A stretch of DNA of 64,000 nt. It comes from Alphaproteobacteria bacterium. GTDB lineage: Bacteria > Pseudomonadota > Alphaproteobacteria > GCA-2731375. Shown piece by piece: positions 1-21,438 of this stretch. Under the pieces are notes generated by a model. It ran no database searches and was not told the DNA's origin. It was given only the letters and a program-made list of their open reading frames with translations. The translations under genes and the position numbers were made by a program. The stretch's first letter is position 1; every line of letters starts with the position of its first letter. The DNA lies in assembly GCA_965232515.1 (NCBI GenBank), contig CBDDPY010000002.1, positions 640,001 to 704,000 on the forward strand. Direction: 5' to 3'.

Positions 1-485
1 GCTGGCGAAGCGAGGCCCGCATCGATCTCGACGGGCGCGGACGCATGCCGCGTCAAACGACGTTGTCATTCGACCGGAAAGACCGTCAGGACCGGCTGAC
101 GACGATGGTTGAGGAACGACAGGACCGACTCCAGGTCCGGTTCGGTTGGCGGGATGGTCTCTCGCTACGGCTGACCGGCCGCACAACCACGGAGTTCGGC
201 GCCGCCGGCAGCGAAGAGGTGACGAACGCGCTCGGTCTCGCCGCCGAACGAGCTTTCCCCTGGAGGGATTGGCGGATGACCGGCCGCGCCGGCGCCAGCC
301 AGGACTGGAACGATGCGGCGGCCGAGGAGGGCATGGGACTGCACGCGTCGCTGCACGCCCGACACGACGACTTCGACAGCTTGAGTCTTCGGTTCAAGGC
401 CAGGCTGAAGCGCGAAACCGATGATGGCGGTAACGACATGGACACGGACTACCGCATAGGCGTCCAGGCCGAGTTGGCCTTCTAA
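1..485 (+). CDS. 5'-truncated hypothetical protein, probable outer-membrane beta-barrel C-terminus
   Basis: Frame open from position 3 to TAA at 483-485; alternating hydrophobic/polar strands; ends YRIGVQAELAF (terminal Phe typical of BAM substrates). Confidence 0.55.
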   Translation, partial: WRSEARIDLDGRGRMPRQTTLSFDRKDRQDRLTTMVEERQDRLQVRFGWRDGLSLRLTGRTTTEFGAAGSEEVTNALGLAAERAFPWRDWRMTGRAGASQDWNDAAAEEGMGLHASLHARHDDFDSLSLRFKARLKRETDDGGNDMDTDYRIGVQAELAF

Positions 486-679
486 AAGGCCAGCGATCCG
501 CCGATTTCGGCTACGCCCTCAATTTTTGTCGGCCTCACGGCATCTCAAACCACCGTGAACCGGTGGCTTGCGCCTGTATGCGGCTTCCCTGCCGTTGCAG
601 AATGATTGGCAGGGTGAGGCCGCGTTCAAACGTTTTCGGTCGCCGTTTCAGTCGATCGAGGGCGTGTTGGAGGTTGCCC

Positions 680-1333
680 GTGAATCGTCCGACAACAGTT
701 CTACAAGTGCTGGCGTTCACCTTGCTTGGCCTGCAGGTATCCAGCATTGATGGCCATGCCCAATCGCAAGCGTCCGATACGGAACGGGAGCTCGGCACCA
801 CGGGCCACCTTAAGATCGAGAATCCCGGCGAATTGACGCCGTCGGAGGCGAATCAGGTCTATGACGGGATTGCCGACGATCTCGCCGAATTCTACGCGCT
901 CTCCCGCGAGCCGGCCGCCGTCGGCTTCCGCAAATGGCGCCGGTACAACAACGCCCCCTATCTGTCGGCAACGCACGGCAATCGGTACGTCAACAACTAC
1001 GGCAATCGATCATCGACGGGTTATGACCGGATGACGTCGGGTTTCCGCATGCCGGCCGGTGCGGTTCTGGTCAAGAACAGCTTCACAGTCACGGAGGAGG
1101 GCGAGGTCTTCGGCGCCGCCATGTTCATCATGGAAAAACTGCCAGCCGGACGGAGCCCGCGAACGGGCGACTGGCGCTACGTCATGATCATGCCGGACGG
1201 CAGCTACGAAGGTGACAGCGAAGGCGACAACGCGGAACAGGTCGCTTACTGCCACGACTGCCATGCCGCAGTCGCCCGGCACGATTTCCTGTTCTATGTG
1301 CCCAAGCCGTACCGCAAAGCGGCCGCCGACTAG
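680..1333 (+). CDS. Cytochrome P460 / c'-beta family periplasmic monoheme protein
   Basis: GTG at 680 after GGAGG; signal-peptide-like N-terminus; G-A-V-L-V-K motif, FIMEK...GDWRY segment and C-terminal CHDCH followed by DFLF. Confidence 0.8.
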   Translation: MNRPTTVLQVLAFTLLGLQVSSIDGHAQSQASDTERELGTTGHLKIENPGELTPSEANQVYDGIADDLAEFYALSREPAAVGFRKWRRYNNAPYLSATHGNRYVNNYGNRSSTGYDRMTSGFRMPAGAVLVKNSFTVTEEGEVFGAAMFIMEKLPAGRSPRTGDWRYVMIMPDGSYEGDSEGDNAEQVAYCHDCHAAVARHDFLFYVPKPYRKAAAD

Positions 1334-1377
1334 CTGCGACCGATTGCTCTCGGTTGGCGGAGAGGTATGGAGGCCGG

Positions 1378-1698
1378 TCAGCCGGCCGCGGCGATCGGTC
1401 GGCGGTTCAGCCGTTCGACCTTCATACGGGTCCCGGAGGCCCGGATGCAGCCATTGCCGTTTGGCATGATTTCGACAAGCGTCCAGGTGCCGCTGCGAGA
1501 AGCGAACATCTCAACGGCATGGCCGTTTTCCAACTCGCCAACGGCCACGCGCCCCTCATCGAAGGCGCGATCGAGATAACTCGCCATCACATCGTAGGTC
1601 AGGCAGCTCGGCGCATCGACATCTTCCATAGCGACGGCAGGCTGTGCGCTGAAAGCCGCGACCCAAACCAAGGCCGCAATAGCGGCGAAACGCATCAT
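1378..1698 (-). CDS. Small secreted hypothetical protein with two cysteines (probable disulfide)
   Basis: ATG at 1698 after purine-rich GGGGAAAA; signal peptide MRFAAIAALVWVAAFSAQPAVA; C...E.F.S..GTWT...G.GC..ASG pattern. Confidence 0.7.
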   Translation of the reverse strand: MMRFAAIAALVWVAAFSAQPAVAMEDVDAPSCLTYDVMASYLDRAFDEGRVAVGELENGHAVEMFASRSGTWTLVEIMPNGNGCIRASGTRMKVERLNRRPIAAAG

Positions 1699-1881
1699 CG
1701 TTTTTCCCCGATGGCTAGTACTAGCCACACAACTAACCTTCAAATTATTAATAAGTCGTCACAGTCAAATTACAATATGACGGGCCGATATAGCACCGAA
1801 TAGAAGCCAATTCGGCGTGAATTATCGTTCGCTGATTTCTTCACGCGGAAGTCAAGAGCCCGTGATCTAGTGCCGCCGCAT

Positions 1882-2685
1882 TCAACGGCCGTCCAGGTTG
1901 CCAAGTCGTTCCTTCGCGCCCGTCGACGCGCCGTGTCGGGCCAGATACAGGCCGATGGCGGCGGCCGCGGATACGTTCAAGCTGTTGACACCGGACGCCA
2001 TTGGCAATCGGACCAGGCGATCGCAAGCTTCCGCGGTCAATCGGCGCAGGCCGGCGGACTCGGCCCCGAACAAAAGCACGGAATTGCCATCGAAATCGAC
2101 GTCTGCGATATCGTCCGTCGCCCGTGCATCGAGTCCGTAACGCCAATATCCCATATCGGCCAATTCAGCGAGAGTTCGAACCAAATTCCCCACTCTTACG
2201 ATCGGCACCCGTTCCAGACCGCCTGACGCCGCCTTTGCCAGGGCGCCACTCTCGGGCGGCGCGTGTCGGCGGGTCAGGATCATGGCGCGGGCGTCGAAAG
2301 CGGCCGCCGAACGCAGGATCGCGCCGACATTCCTTGGATCCGTCACCTGGTCCAACACGACAATGCAAGACCGTCCCTGGTCGGTGGGCGCGCAAGTTGT
2401 TCGAAAGTCGGCCGGCGGCAGTGGCTCGACCTGAAGCGCCGTGCCCTGATGAACCGCACCGGGCGGCAACAGCTCTTCGATTTCGGCGCGGTCTTTGACT
2501 TCAGGAGAAGGCGCGGTCGTCTCGAACGCGGCAGCCAGGTCGGCGACGATCAGGAGCCGTCGACGGGTGCGTGCCGGATTGGCCAGCGCCGATCGGACGG
2601 CGTGCTGACCATAGATCCAGTAACTGCCGCCGTCGCCCTCGGTACGACGCGACGGGCGCGGCCGACGATGCTTGCGCGCGGCCAT
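1882..2685 (-). CDS. rlmB: 23S rRNA (Gm2251) 2'-O-methyltransferase, SpoU/TrmH family
   Basis: WIYGQHAV, HQG, LDQVTDPRNVGAILRSA, GAESAGL, SLNVSAAA motifs; divergent from tRNA-Tyr. Confidence 0.93.
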   Translation of the reverse strand: MAARKHRRPRPSRRTEGDGGSYWIYGQHAVRSALANPARTRRRLLIVADLAAAFETTAPSPEVKDRAEIEELLPPGAVHQGTALQVEPLPPADFRTTCAPTDQGRSCIVVLDQVTDPRNVGAILRSAAAFDARAMILTRRHAPPESGALAKAASGGLERVPIVRVGNLVRTLAELADMGYWRYGLDARATDDIADVDFDGNSVLLFGAESAGLRRLTAEACDRLVRLPMASGVNSLNVSAAAAIGLYLARHGASTGAKERLGNLDGR

Positions 2686-2787
2686 GCGCGGTCATATATC
2701 GGAGCGGCATTTGACGCGCAACGGAACCGGCGAGATCTGCACCGCCTAATTTGGCGGAACCATTTGCGTTTTTTCAGGAATCCGCCA

Positions 2788-2815
2788 TTGACATGCCTGA
2801 ATAAAGGGGCATATT
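2788..2815 (+). promoter_or_regulatory. Sigma70 promoter of tRNA-Tyr/tRNA-Gly/tuf
   Basis: TTGACA (2788-2793), 16-bp spacer, CATATT (2810-2815), then GC-rich discriminator. Confidence 0.7.
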
Positions 2816-2851
2816 CCGGCCCCGCTGCGTCAGTGTCGGCGCGGCACAACT

Positions 2852-2936
2852 GGAGGGGTGCCTGAGCGGTTAAAAGGGGCGGACTGTAAATCCGTTGGCT
2901 ATGCCTACGTTGGTTCGAATCCAACCCCCTCCACCA
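2852..2936 (+). tRNA. tRNA-Tyr(GTA)
   Basis: GGAGGGG/CCCCTCC acceptor stem, GTA anticodon at 2886-2888, long variable arm, GGTTCGAATCC, encoded CCA. Confidence 0.97.
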
Positions 2937-2996
2937 GCTGTTTTTGGTCCCTGTAATTCGGACCGGCCGGCGCCGTTTTTGGGAATGGTCGACAAA

Positions 2997-3070
2997 GCGG
3001 GTGTAGCTCAATGGTAGAGCCCCAGCCTTCCAAGCTGGTTACGTGGGTTCGATTCCCATCACCCGCTCCA
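2997..3070 (+). tRNA. tRNA-Gly(TCC)
   Basis: GCGGGTG/CACCCGC acceptor stem, CCAGC-CTTCCAA-GCTGG anticodon arm, GGTTCGATTCC, CCA end. Confidence 0.97.
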
Positions 3071-3185
3071 GCTTTCCGGGCATTGGAGGAGAATTCGCCG
3101 ATGCCCGGCGTCAGACGTCAGGGATGCTAGGGGCGTTCGCCCGTTGTTGGTAAACATAACTCGGAGCAATTGAGGACCGATCGCG

Positions 3186-4376
<1,191 letters not shown>

Positions 4377-4427
4377 TCGGCGCGACGGCAAACGGGCAGA
4401 CAGGAAAGGTTGGCTTGACGGGCGCAT

Positions 4428-4503
4428 AGGGGTGTAGCTCAGTTGGTAGAGCACCGGTCTCCAAAACCGGATGTCGCGGGTTCGAATCCTGCCGCCCCTG
4501 CCA
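4428..4503 (+). tRNA. tRNA-Trp(CCA)
   Basis: AGGGGTG acceptor, CCGGT-CTCCAAA-ACCGG anticodon arm, GGTTCGAATCC, CCA end; usual position before secE. Confidence 0.97.
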
Positions 4504-4558
4504 ACCCATCGCGAGCCGACGGCCGGTGTGCCAGCTGATAGGAATAGGTAGCGCAGCT

Positions 4559-4756
4559 ATGGCGAAGACCTCGCCGGCGGAATTCGTCCGGCAAGTACGG
4601 CAAGAAGTTTCGAAGGTGACATGGCCGTCCCGTAAGGAGACGGGCATGACCACTGCCATGGTGTTCGTCATGGTGACGCTGGCGGCTATTTTCTTTCTGC
4701 TGATCGATCAGGTGATTTCCTGGGGCATCCGTTTTCTGTTGACGGCTGGGGGCTGA
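4559..4756 (+). CDS. secE: Preprotein translocase subunit SecE
   Basis: EFVRQVRQEVSKVTWPSRKET plus one TM helix; upstream of nusG. Confidence 0.96.
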   Translation: MAKTSPAEFVRQVRQEVSKVTWPSRKETGMTTAMVFVMVTLAAIFFLLIDQVISWGIRFLLTAGG

Positions 4757-4759
4757 GGC

Positions 4760-5290
4760 ATGGCGGCGCGCTGGTACATCGTTCACGCCTACTCCGGCTT
4801 TGAGAACAAGGTTGCCGTGTCGATCCGCGAGCAGGCGGAATTGCAGGGATTGAACGACGTCATCGAGGAAGTTCTGGTGCCGACCGAGGAGGTCGTGCAG
4901 ATGCGTCGCGGCCAGAAGGTCAGCGCCGAGCGCAAGTTCTTCCCCGGTTATGTGCTAGTCAAGATGGACCTTACGGACGAGGCCTACCATCTGATCAAGA
5001 ACACGCCGAAGGTGACCGGCTTTCTGGGCACCGGTGGCCGGCCTTCGCCGATCAGCCAGGCCGAAGCGGACCGGATCATGCATCAGGTCCAGGAAGGCAT
5101 CGAGCGGCCGCGGCCTTCGGTGACCTTCGAGATCGGCGAACAGGTTCGCGTTTGCGACGGTCCGTTCACGTCCTTCAACGGCTATGTCGAGGAAGTCGAC
5201 GAGGAACGGGCGCGTCTGAAGGTCGCGGTGTCGATCTTCGGCCGTGCGACGCCGGTTGAGTTGGAGTACGGCCAGGTCGAAAAGACCTGA
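4760..5290 (+). CDS. nusG: Transcription factor NusG
   Basis: WYIVHAYSGFE, FFPGYVLV, KOW motif, IFGRATPVEL. Confidence 0.99.
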   Translation: MAARWYIVHAYSGFENKVAVSIREQAELQGLNDVIEEVLVPTEEVVQMRRGQKVSAERKFFPGYVLVKMDLTDEAYHLIKNTPKVTGFLGTGGRPSPISQAEADRIMHQVQEGIERPRPSVTFEIGEQVRVCDGPFTSFNGYVEEVDEERARLKVAVSIFGRATPVELEYGQVEKT

Positions 5291-5301
5291 CCGACACGAA
5301 C

Positions 5302-5332
5302 GCGTGGGAGGCTGGCCATGGCCGTACCACGC
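5302..5332 (+). promoter_or_regulatory. Putative L1-binding autoregulatory hairpin in the rplK leader
   Basis: GCGTGG-GAG...GTA-CCACGC stem with an asymmetric GA-containing internal loop upstream of rplKA, consistent with known L1 autogenous control. Confidence 0.55.
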
Positions 5333-5392
5333 ACCCCTTGGCAGCGTGCATCCGATTGCGCGCCGCCGCCGATGAATAAAGGGATTTAGTTT

Positions 5393-5821
5393 ATGGCGAA
5401 GAAGATCGACGGCTATATCAAGCTGCAAGTGCCGGCGGGACAAGCCAACCCGTCACCGCCGATCGGCCCGGCCTTGGGTCAGCGCGGCGTCAACATCATG
5501 GAATTTTGCAAGGCCTTCAACGCCGACACGCAGGGCGTGGAGCCCGGCATGCCGATCCCGACGGTGATCACGGTTTATGCCGACAAGAGCTTCAGCTTCA
5601 TCACCAAGACGCCGCCGGCTTCCTACTTCCTGAAGAAGGCCGCGAACCTGCCGAAAGCCGCGCAGGCGCCTGGTCGCGAGACCGTGGGCAGCGTGACGAT
5701 GGATCAGGTCCGCGAGATTGCCGAAGCAAAGATGGCTGACCTGAATGCCTATGATATCGATGCGGCCTGCCAGATGATCATTGGTTCGGCGCGCTCGATG
5801 GGCATCGAGGTGAGGGAGTAG
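5393..5821 (+). CDS. rplK: 50S ribosomal protein L11
   Basis: [21 protein letters not shown]. Confidence 0.99.
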   Translation: MAKKIDGYIKLQVPAGQANPSPPIGPALGQRGVNIMEFCKAFNADTQGVEPGMPIPTVITVYADKSFSFITKTPPASYFLKKAANLPKAAQAPGRETVGSVTMDQVREIAEAKMADLNAYDIDAACQMIIGSARSMGIEVRE

Positions 5822-5825
5822 GGGC

Positions 5826-6527
5826 ATGGCGAAAGTTGGCAAGAGGCTGCGGAGCGCCCGCGAAGGCCTGGACCGGGACCAGCTTTACCCGCTGACCGAT
5901 GCGGTGAAGATGGTCAAGAGCAACGCCAAGGCGAAGTTCGACGAAACCATTGAACTGGCGATGAATTTGGGCGTCGATCCCCGTCACGCGGATCAGATGG
6001 TCCGCGGCACCGTTCAGCTGCCGAACGGCACTGGTAAGAGCCTGCGGATCGCGGTTTTCGCGCGCGACGCCAAGGCCGAAGAGGCCAAAGCGGCGGGCGC
6101 CGATCTGGTCGGCGCCGAAGATCTGGCCGAGACGGTGCAGAAGGGCGAGATCGATTTCGACCGTTGCATCGCCACGCCCGACATGATGGCTGTCGTCGGC
6201 CGCTTGGGCAAAATTCTGGGTCCGCGCGGCATGATGCCTAATCCAAAATTGGGCACGGTGACGCCGGATGTGACAGCGGCCGTGCAGGCGGCGAAGGCCG
6301 GCCAGGTCGAGTTTCGCGTCGAGAAAGCCGGCATCGTGCATGCCGGCGTCGGCAAGGCGAGTTTCTCCGAGCAGCAGATCGAAGAAAATGTCCGTGCCGT
6401 GATCGACGCTGTCGTGAAGTCCAAGCCGAGCGGCGCCAAGGGAACGTTCGTGAAGCGCGTGGCGCTGAGCTCGACGATGGGCGCCGGCGTCAAGATCGAC
6501 GTGACGACGGCAACGGGCGCTGCGTAG
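5826..6527 (+). CDS. rplA: 50S ribosomal protein L1
   Basis: [23 protein letters not shown]. Confidence 0.99.
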   Translation: MAKVGKRLRSAREGLDRDQLYPLTDAVKMVKSNAKAKFDETIELAMNLGVDPRHADQMVRGTVQLPNGTGKSLRIAVFARDAKAEEAKAAGADLVGAEDLAETVQKGEIDFDRCIATPDMMAVVGRLGKILGPRGMMPNPKLGTVTPDVTAAVQAAKAGQVEFRVEKAGIVHAGVGKASFSEQQIEENVRAVIDAVVKSKPSGAKGTFVKRVALSSTMGAGVKIDVTTATGAA

Positions 6528-6624
6528 GAGCGTTTGAAGAGCTTCGCGGTCCGGCCGGCTTTTTGGGTTCGGATCGCGTCGTAGGCGACGGCGAAAGGCT
6601 TCATCGAGGCCATACCGTCGTCAA

Positions 6625-6695
6625 CCTGTCCGAGACTGCAGGCGTCGTCCGCACTACGCGGCGACTTAATGGATTTGCCGCCTGCATAGACGGGA
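6625..6695 (+). promoter_or_regulatory. L10 leader (rplJ autoregulatory RNA)
   Basis: CCGAGAC-TGCAGGCG...CTTAA...CGCCTGCA-TAGACGG: paired stem with the AGAC/TAGAC kink-turn-like motif and TTAA loop typical of L10 leaders, in a 306-bp rplA-rplJ spacer. Confidence 0.8.
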
Positions 6696-6833
6696 AGAGA
6701 CCGAAATTCCGCTACCGGCCAGACTGCCGGCAGCCGAAATCGGTTTGAACCCGAGGGCAGGCAACCTGAATTGGCCACGATGCGGCCGGTTCGATTGCAA
6801 CGGGGCCATGGCCCTTAGGAACGGAGGCAGTAC

Positions 6834-7352
6834 GTGGATCGAACGCAAAAGCGTGAGATGGTCGCCAAGTTGAACACGGTCTTTTCCGAGACCGCGTGCA
6901 TCGTGGTGACTCACTATAGCGGCCTCAACGTCGCGGAGATTTCCGATCTCCGTCGGCGAATGCGGGATGCCGGCGCCAACTTCAAGGTGACGAAAAACCG
7001 GCTGACCAAAATCGCCCTCGAGGGCACCCAGTACAGCCAGATCGGCGATCTGTTCAATGGCCCGACGGCCATTGCGTATGCCGACGATCCGGTAACGCCG
7101 GCCAAGGTGGTCGCGGACTTCGCCAAGGGGAACGAGAACCTCGTGGTGGTCGGCGGCGCCATGGGCGAGACCCGGCTGGACGCCGACGGCGTGCAGGCGC
7201 TTGCCAAGCTGCCGTCCCTGGACGAGCTGCGCGGCAAGTTGATCGGTCTGTTGCAGGCGCCGGCCACCAAGGTCGCCGGTGTGTTGCAGGCGCCGGCCGG
7301 ACAGCTGGCGCGCGTGATGGGTGCTTATGCGGCGAAAGACGAGGCGGCCTAG
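6834..7352 (+). CDS. rplJ: 50S ribosomal protein L10
   Basis: GTG start after GGAGG; [15 protein letters not shown]. Confidence 0.98.
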   Translation: MDRTQKREMVAKLNTVFSETACIVVTHYSGLNVAEISDLRRRMRDAGANFKVTKNRLTKIALEGTQYSQIGDLFNGPTAIAYADDPVTPAKVVADFAKGNENLVVVGGAMGETRLDADGVQALAKLPSLDELRGKLIGLLQAPATKVAGVLQAPAGQLARVMGAYAAKDEAA

Positions 7353-7390
7353 CCGATTCGATATCTGGTTCAAACCGAGGAAGATGAACA

Positions 7391-7768
7391 ATGGCTGATT
7401 TGGAAAAGATTGCTGATGAATTGTCGGGCCTGACGGTCCTGGAAGCGGCCGAGTTGTCGAAGCTGCTGGAAGAGAAGTGGGGCGTTTCGGCGGCAGCGCC
7501 GGTAGCGGTCGCCGCGGTTGCCGGCGGTGCCGACGCCGAGGCCGCGGCCGAAGAGAAGGACTCCTTCGACGTTATTCTGGCCAATATCGGCGAGAAAAAG
7601 ATCAACGTCATCAAAGAGGTGCGGGCGATTACCAGCCTGGGTCTGAAAGAGGCGAAAGATCTTGTCGAGGCCGCGCCGAAGGCAGTCAAGGAGGGCGTGA
7701 CCAAGGACGAGGCCGACAAGATCAAGGAACAGCTCGAGGGCGCCGGCGCGACCGTCGAGGTGAAGTAA
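7391..7768 (+). CDS. rplL: 50S ribosomal protein L7/L12
   Basis: Ala-rich hinge, [20 protein letters not shown]. Confidence 0.99.
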   Translation: MADLEKIADELSGLTVLEAAELSKLLEEKWGVSAAAPVAVAAVAGGADAEAAAEEKDSFDVILANIGEKKINVIKEVRAITSLGLKEAKDLVEAAPKAVKEGVTKDEADKIKEQLEGAGATVEVK

Positions 7769-7775
7769 GTTGACC

Positions 7776-7807
7776 CCCGGCGGACGGACGATGATCCGTC
7801 CGCCGGG
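7776..7807 (+). terminator. 13-bp GC hairpin after rplL (attenuator or processing stem, no U-tract)
   Basis: CCCGGCGGACGGA-cgatga-TCCGTCCGCCGGG. Confidence 0.55.
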
Positions 7808-7820
7808 ACAGTCGACATTC

Positions 7821-7836
7821 GTTAACAAAAATTTAA
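7821..7836 (-). promoter_or_regulatory. CtrA-binding consensus TTAA-N7-TTAAC
   Basis: Plus strand GTTAACAAAAATTTAA = minus strand TTAA-ATTTTTG-TTAAC, in the rplL-rpoB spacer. Confidence 0.55.
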
Positions 7837-8005
7837 GTGTATTTGTTAGGAAATAGGTTATAACCCCAATCGTGGCCGCGGGTATTGGTTGGAAATTGAA
7901 TTGAACATCGGGTGGACCCCCTGACGGGCCGCTGTGGCGGCGCCGTCGCTTTTGCTATGGGCGATCGGCGAAACGAGCGGGCGAACTGACGCTAACGCAC
8001 TGAAT

Positions 8006-8018
8006 TATCAACGGCTTG
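8006..8018 (+). promoter_or_regulatory. IHF consensus WATCAANNNNTTR
   Basis: TATCAACGGCTTG, about 80 bp upstream of the rpoB start. Confidence 0.45.
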
Positions 8019-8096
8019 GACATTGCGCGGTCCAATCCGACAACAGCAGATACGACGCCGCTTTTCGGTGGTCGGCTTGAGAGCACGAGGAACGGG

Positions 8097-12197
<4,101 letters not shown>

Positions 12198-12202
12198 CGG
12201 CC

Positions 12203-12236
12203 CAACCCGGCCGGCGGCGTTCCGCCGGCCGGGTTG
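12203..12236 (+). other. 15-bp perfect GC stem-loop between rpoB and rpoC
   Basis: CAACCCGGCCGGCGG-cgtt-CCGCCGGCCGGGTTG; no U-tract. Confidence 0.7.
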
Positions 12237-12240
12237 CTAA

Positions 12241-16477
<4,237 letters not shown>

Positions 16478-16479
<2 letters not shown>

Positions 16480-16532
16480 TATCCCGCCGCCGGCCGTTGT
16501 CGACAGCATGTCGCAGCGGCCGGCGGCGTATC
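16478..16532 (+). terminator. Long GC hairpin after rpoC
   Basis: CGCCGCCGGCCG...CGACA-gca-TGTCG...CGGCCGGCGGCG; weak U-tract. Confidence 0.5.
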
Positions 16533-16659
16533 AGGTTTACGAATAGCGACGAAAGGCGGTGTTTGTTGAAATTATCTTGCGTGCCACGCGATTGGAGCGG
16601 CGTCTTCCGATCACGTGGTAAACGCCCATAATTTCGAGCGAAATTTGGTTTCTTTTTTG

Positions 16660-16688
16660 TTGACGGCCGGATAGCTGATTCATAGTAT
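16660..16688 (+). promoter_or_regulatory. Sigma70 promoter of the str operon
   Basis: TTGACG (16660), 17-bp spacer, TAGTAT (16683); T-rich UP-like element upstream; GATTC in the spacer. Confidence 0.75.
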
Positions 16689-16881
16689 CCGCCAACTTTT
16701 CGGGCGCAGGTAGTAGGTGTCGTCCTAGACGCTGCGCAAAGTGACCAAGAACCACATCGCATCGGCCTCGCATGTCGAGCCGGCGCAAATACCAGGCGGG
16801 CGAAGCGCGTGATCGCCGATGCGCATCGCCGCCGTTCAGTTTGTTGGGTTGAGACAAATGGCCATCGGCCGAGGATAGAGA

Positions 16882-17253
16882 ATGCCGACGATCAACCAGT
16901 TGATCCGTAAGCCGCGCCAAAAGCCGCGGACCCGCAACAAGGTGCCGGCGTTGCAGGCCTGCCCGCAAAAGCGGGGCGTTTGCACGCGCGTCTATACAAC
17001 GACGCCGAAGAAGCCGAACTCGGCCTTGCGTAAGGTCGCGCGCGTCCGATTGACCAACGGCTTCGAGGTCACGAGCTATATCCCGGGCGAAGGCCACAAT
17101 CTGCAGGAGCATTCCGTGGTCATGATCCGTGGCGGCCGTGTGAAGGATCTGCCGGGCGTCCGGTACCACATCATTCGCGGCGTGCTCGATACGCAAGGCG
17201 TCAGCGACCGCCGTCAGCGTCGGTCGAAGTACGGCGCCCGGCGGCCAAAGTAG
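16882..17253 (+). CDS. rpsL: 30S ribosomal protein S12
   Basis: [19 protein letters not shown]. Confidence 0.99.
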   Translation: MPTINQLIRKPRQKPRTRNKVPALQACPQKRGVCTRVYTTTPKKPNSALRKVARVRLTNGFEVTSYIPGEGHNLQEHSVVMIRGGRVKDLPGVRYHIIRGVLDTQGVSDRRQRRSKYGARRPK

Positions 17254-17263
17254 GGGCTGTTCG

Positions 17264-17734
17264 ATGTCGCGACGTCACCGCGCGGAGAAGCGCGAAATTC
17301 TTCCCGATCCGAAGTTTGGCGACACCACGCTCGCCAAGTTCATGAACAGTGTCATGGTCGACGGCAAGAAATCCGTCGCCGAGAGCATTGTTTACGGTGC
17401 GCTCGATCGTATCCAGGAAAAGACCGGGCAGGACCCGGTTCGGATGTTCCACGAGGCCTTGACGAATGTCCGGCCGGCGATCGAGGTGCGTTCGCGGCGC
17501 GTGGGCGGCGCGACATATCAGGTCCCGGTCGAGGTGCGGCCGGAGCGGGGGCAGGCGTTGGCGTTTCGTTGGCTGATCGGCAGCTCGCGGGGACGTTCTG
17601 AAAACACCATGGTCGACCGGCTGTCGAACGAGTTGTTGGACGCCGCGAACAATCGCGGCGCCGCGGTGAAAAAGCGTGAAGACACGCACCGCATGGCCGA
17701 GGCCAATCGCGCTTTCTCGCACTACCGCTGGTAA
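17264..17734 (+). CDS. rpsG: 30S ribosomal protein S7
   Basis: [24 protein letters not shown]. Confidence 0.99.
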   Translation: MSRRHRAEKREILPDPKFGDTTLAKFMNSVMVDGKKSVAESIVYGALDRIQEKTGQDPVRMFHEALTNVRPAIEVRSRRVGGATYQVPVEVRPERGQALAFRWLIGSSRGRSENTMVDRLSNELLDAANNRGAAVKKREDTHRMAEANRAFSHYRW

Positions 17735-17761
17735 CGCGGTCAAGAGTTCGAGGGTATTCCC

Positions 17762-19837
<2,076 letters not shown>

Positions 19838-19877
19838 CCGGTCGAGACTACAGGAAGCGTTAACGGAGACGATCGCG

Positions 19878-21068
<1,191 letters not shown>

Positions 21069-21117
21069 CAACGGGTCGCAACAAGGTCGAAGGCGGCCGG
21101 ACTATCAGGTAAGAAGC

Positions 21118-21426
21118 ATGGACAACCAGAATATTCGTATCAGGCTGAAAGCCTTCGACCATCGCGTGCTCGACCAATCGACGGGCGAGATCGTGAATAC
21201 GGCAAAGCGCACCGGCGCGCAGGTTCGTGGACCCATTCCACTGCCGACGCGCATCGAGCGTTTCACCGTGCTGCGGTCGCCGCACATCGACAAGAAGTCG
21301 CGCGAACAGTTCGAGATCCGCACGCACAAGCGTCTCCTCGACATCATCGATCCGACGCCGCAGACGGTCGACGCTCTGATGAAGCTCGACCTGGCGTCCG
21401 GCGTCGATGTCGAGATCAAGCTCTAG
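21118..21426 (+). CDS. rpsJ: 30S ribosomal protein S10
   Basis: [23 protein letters not shown]. Confidence 0.99.
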   Translation: MDNQNIRIRLKAFDHRVLDQSTGEIVNTAKRTGAQVRGPIPLPTRIERFTVLRSPHIDKKSREQFEIRTHKRLLDIIDPTPQTVDALMKLDLASGVDVEIKL

Positions 21427-21438
21427 GTTGTTGCCGTT

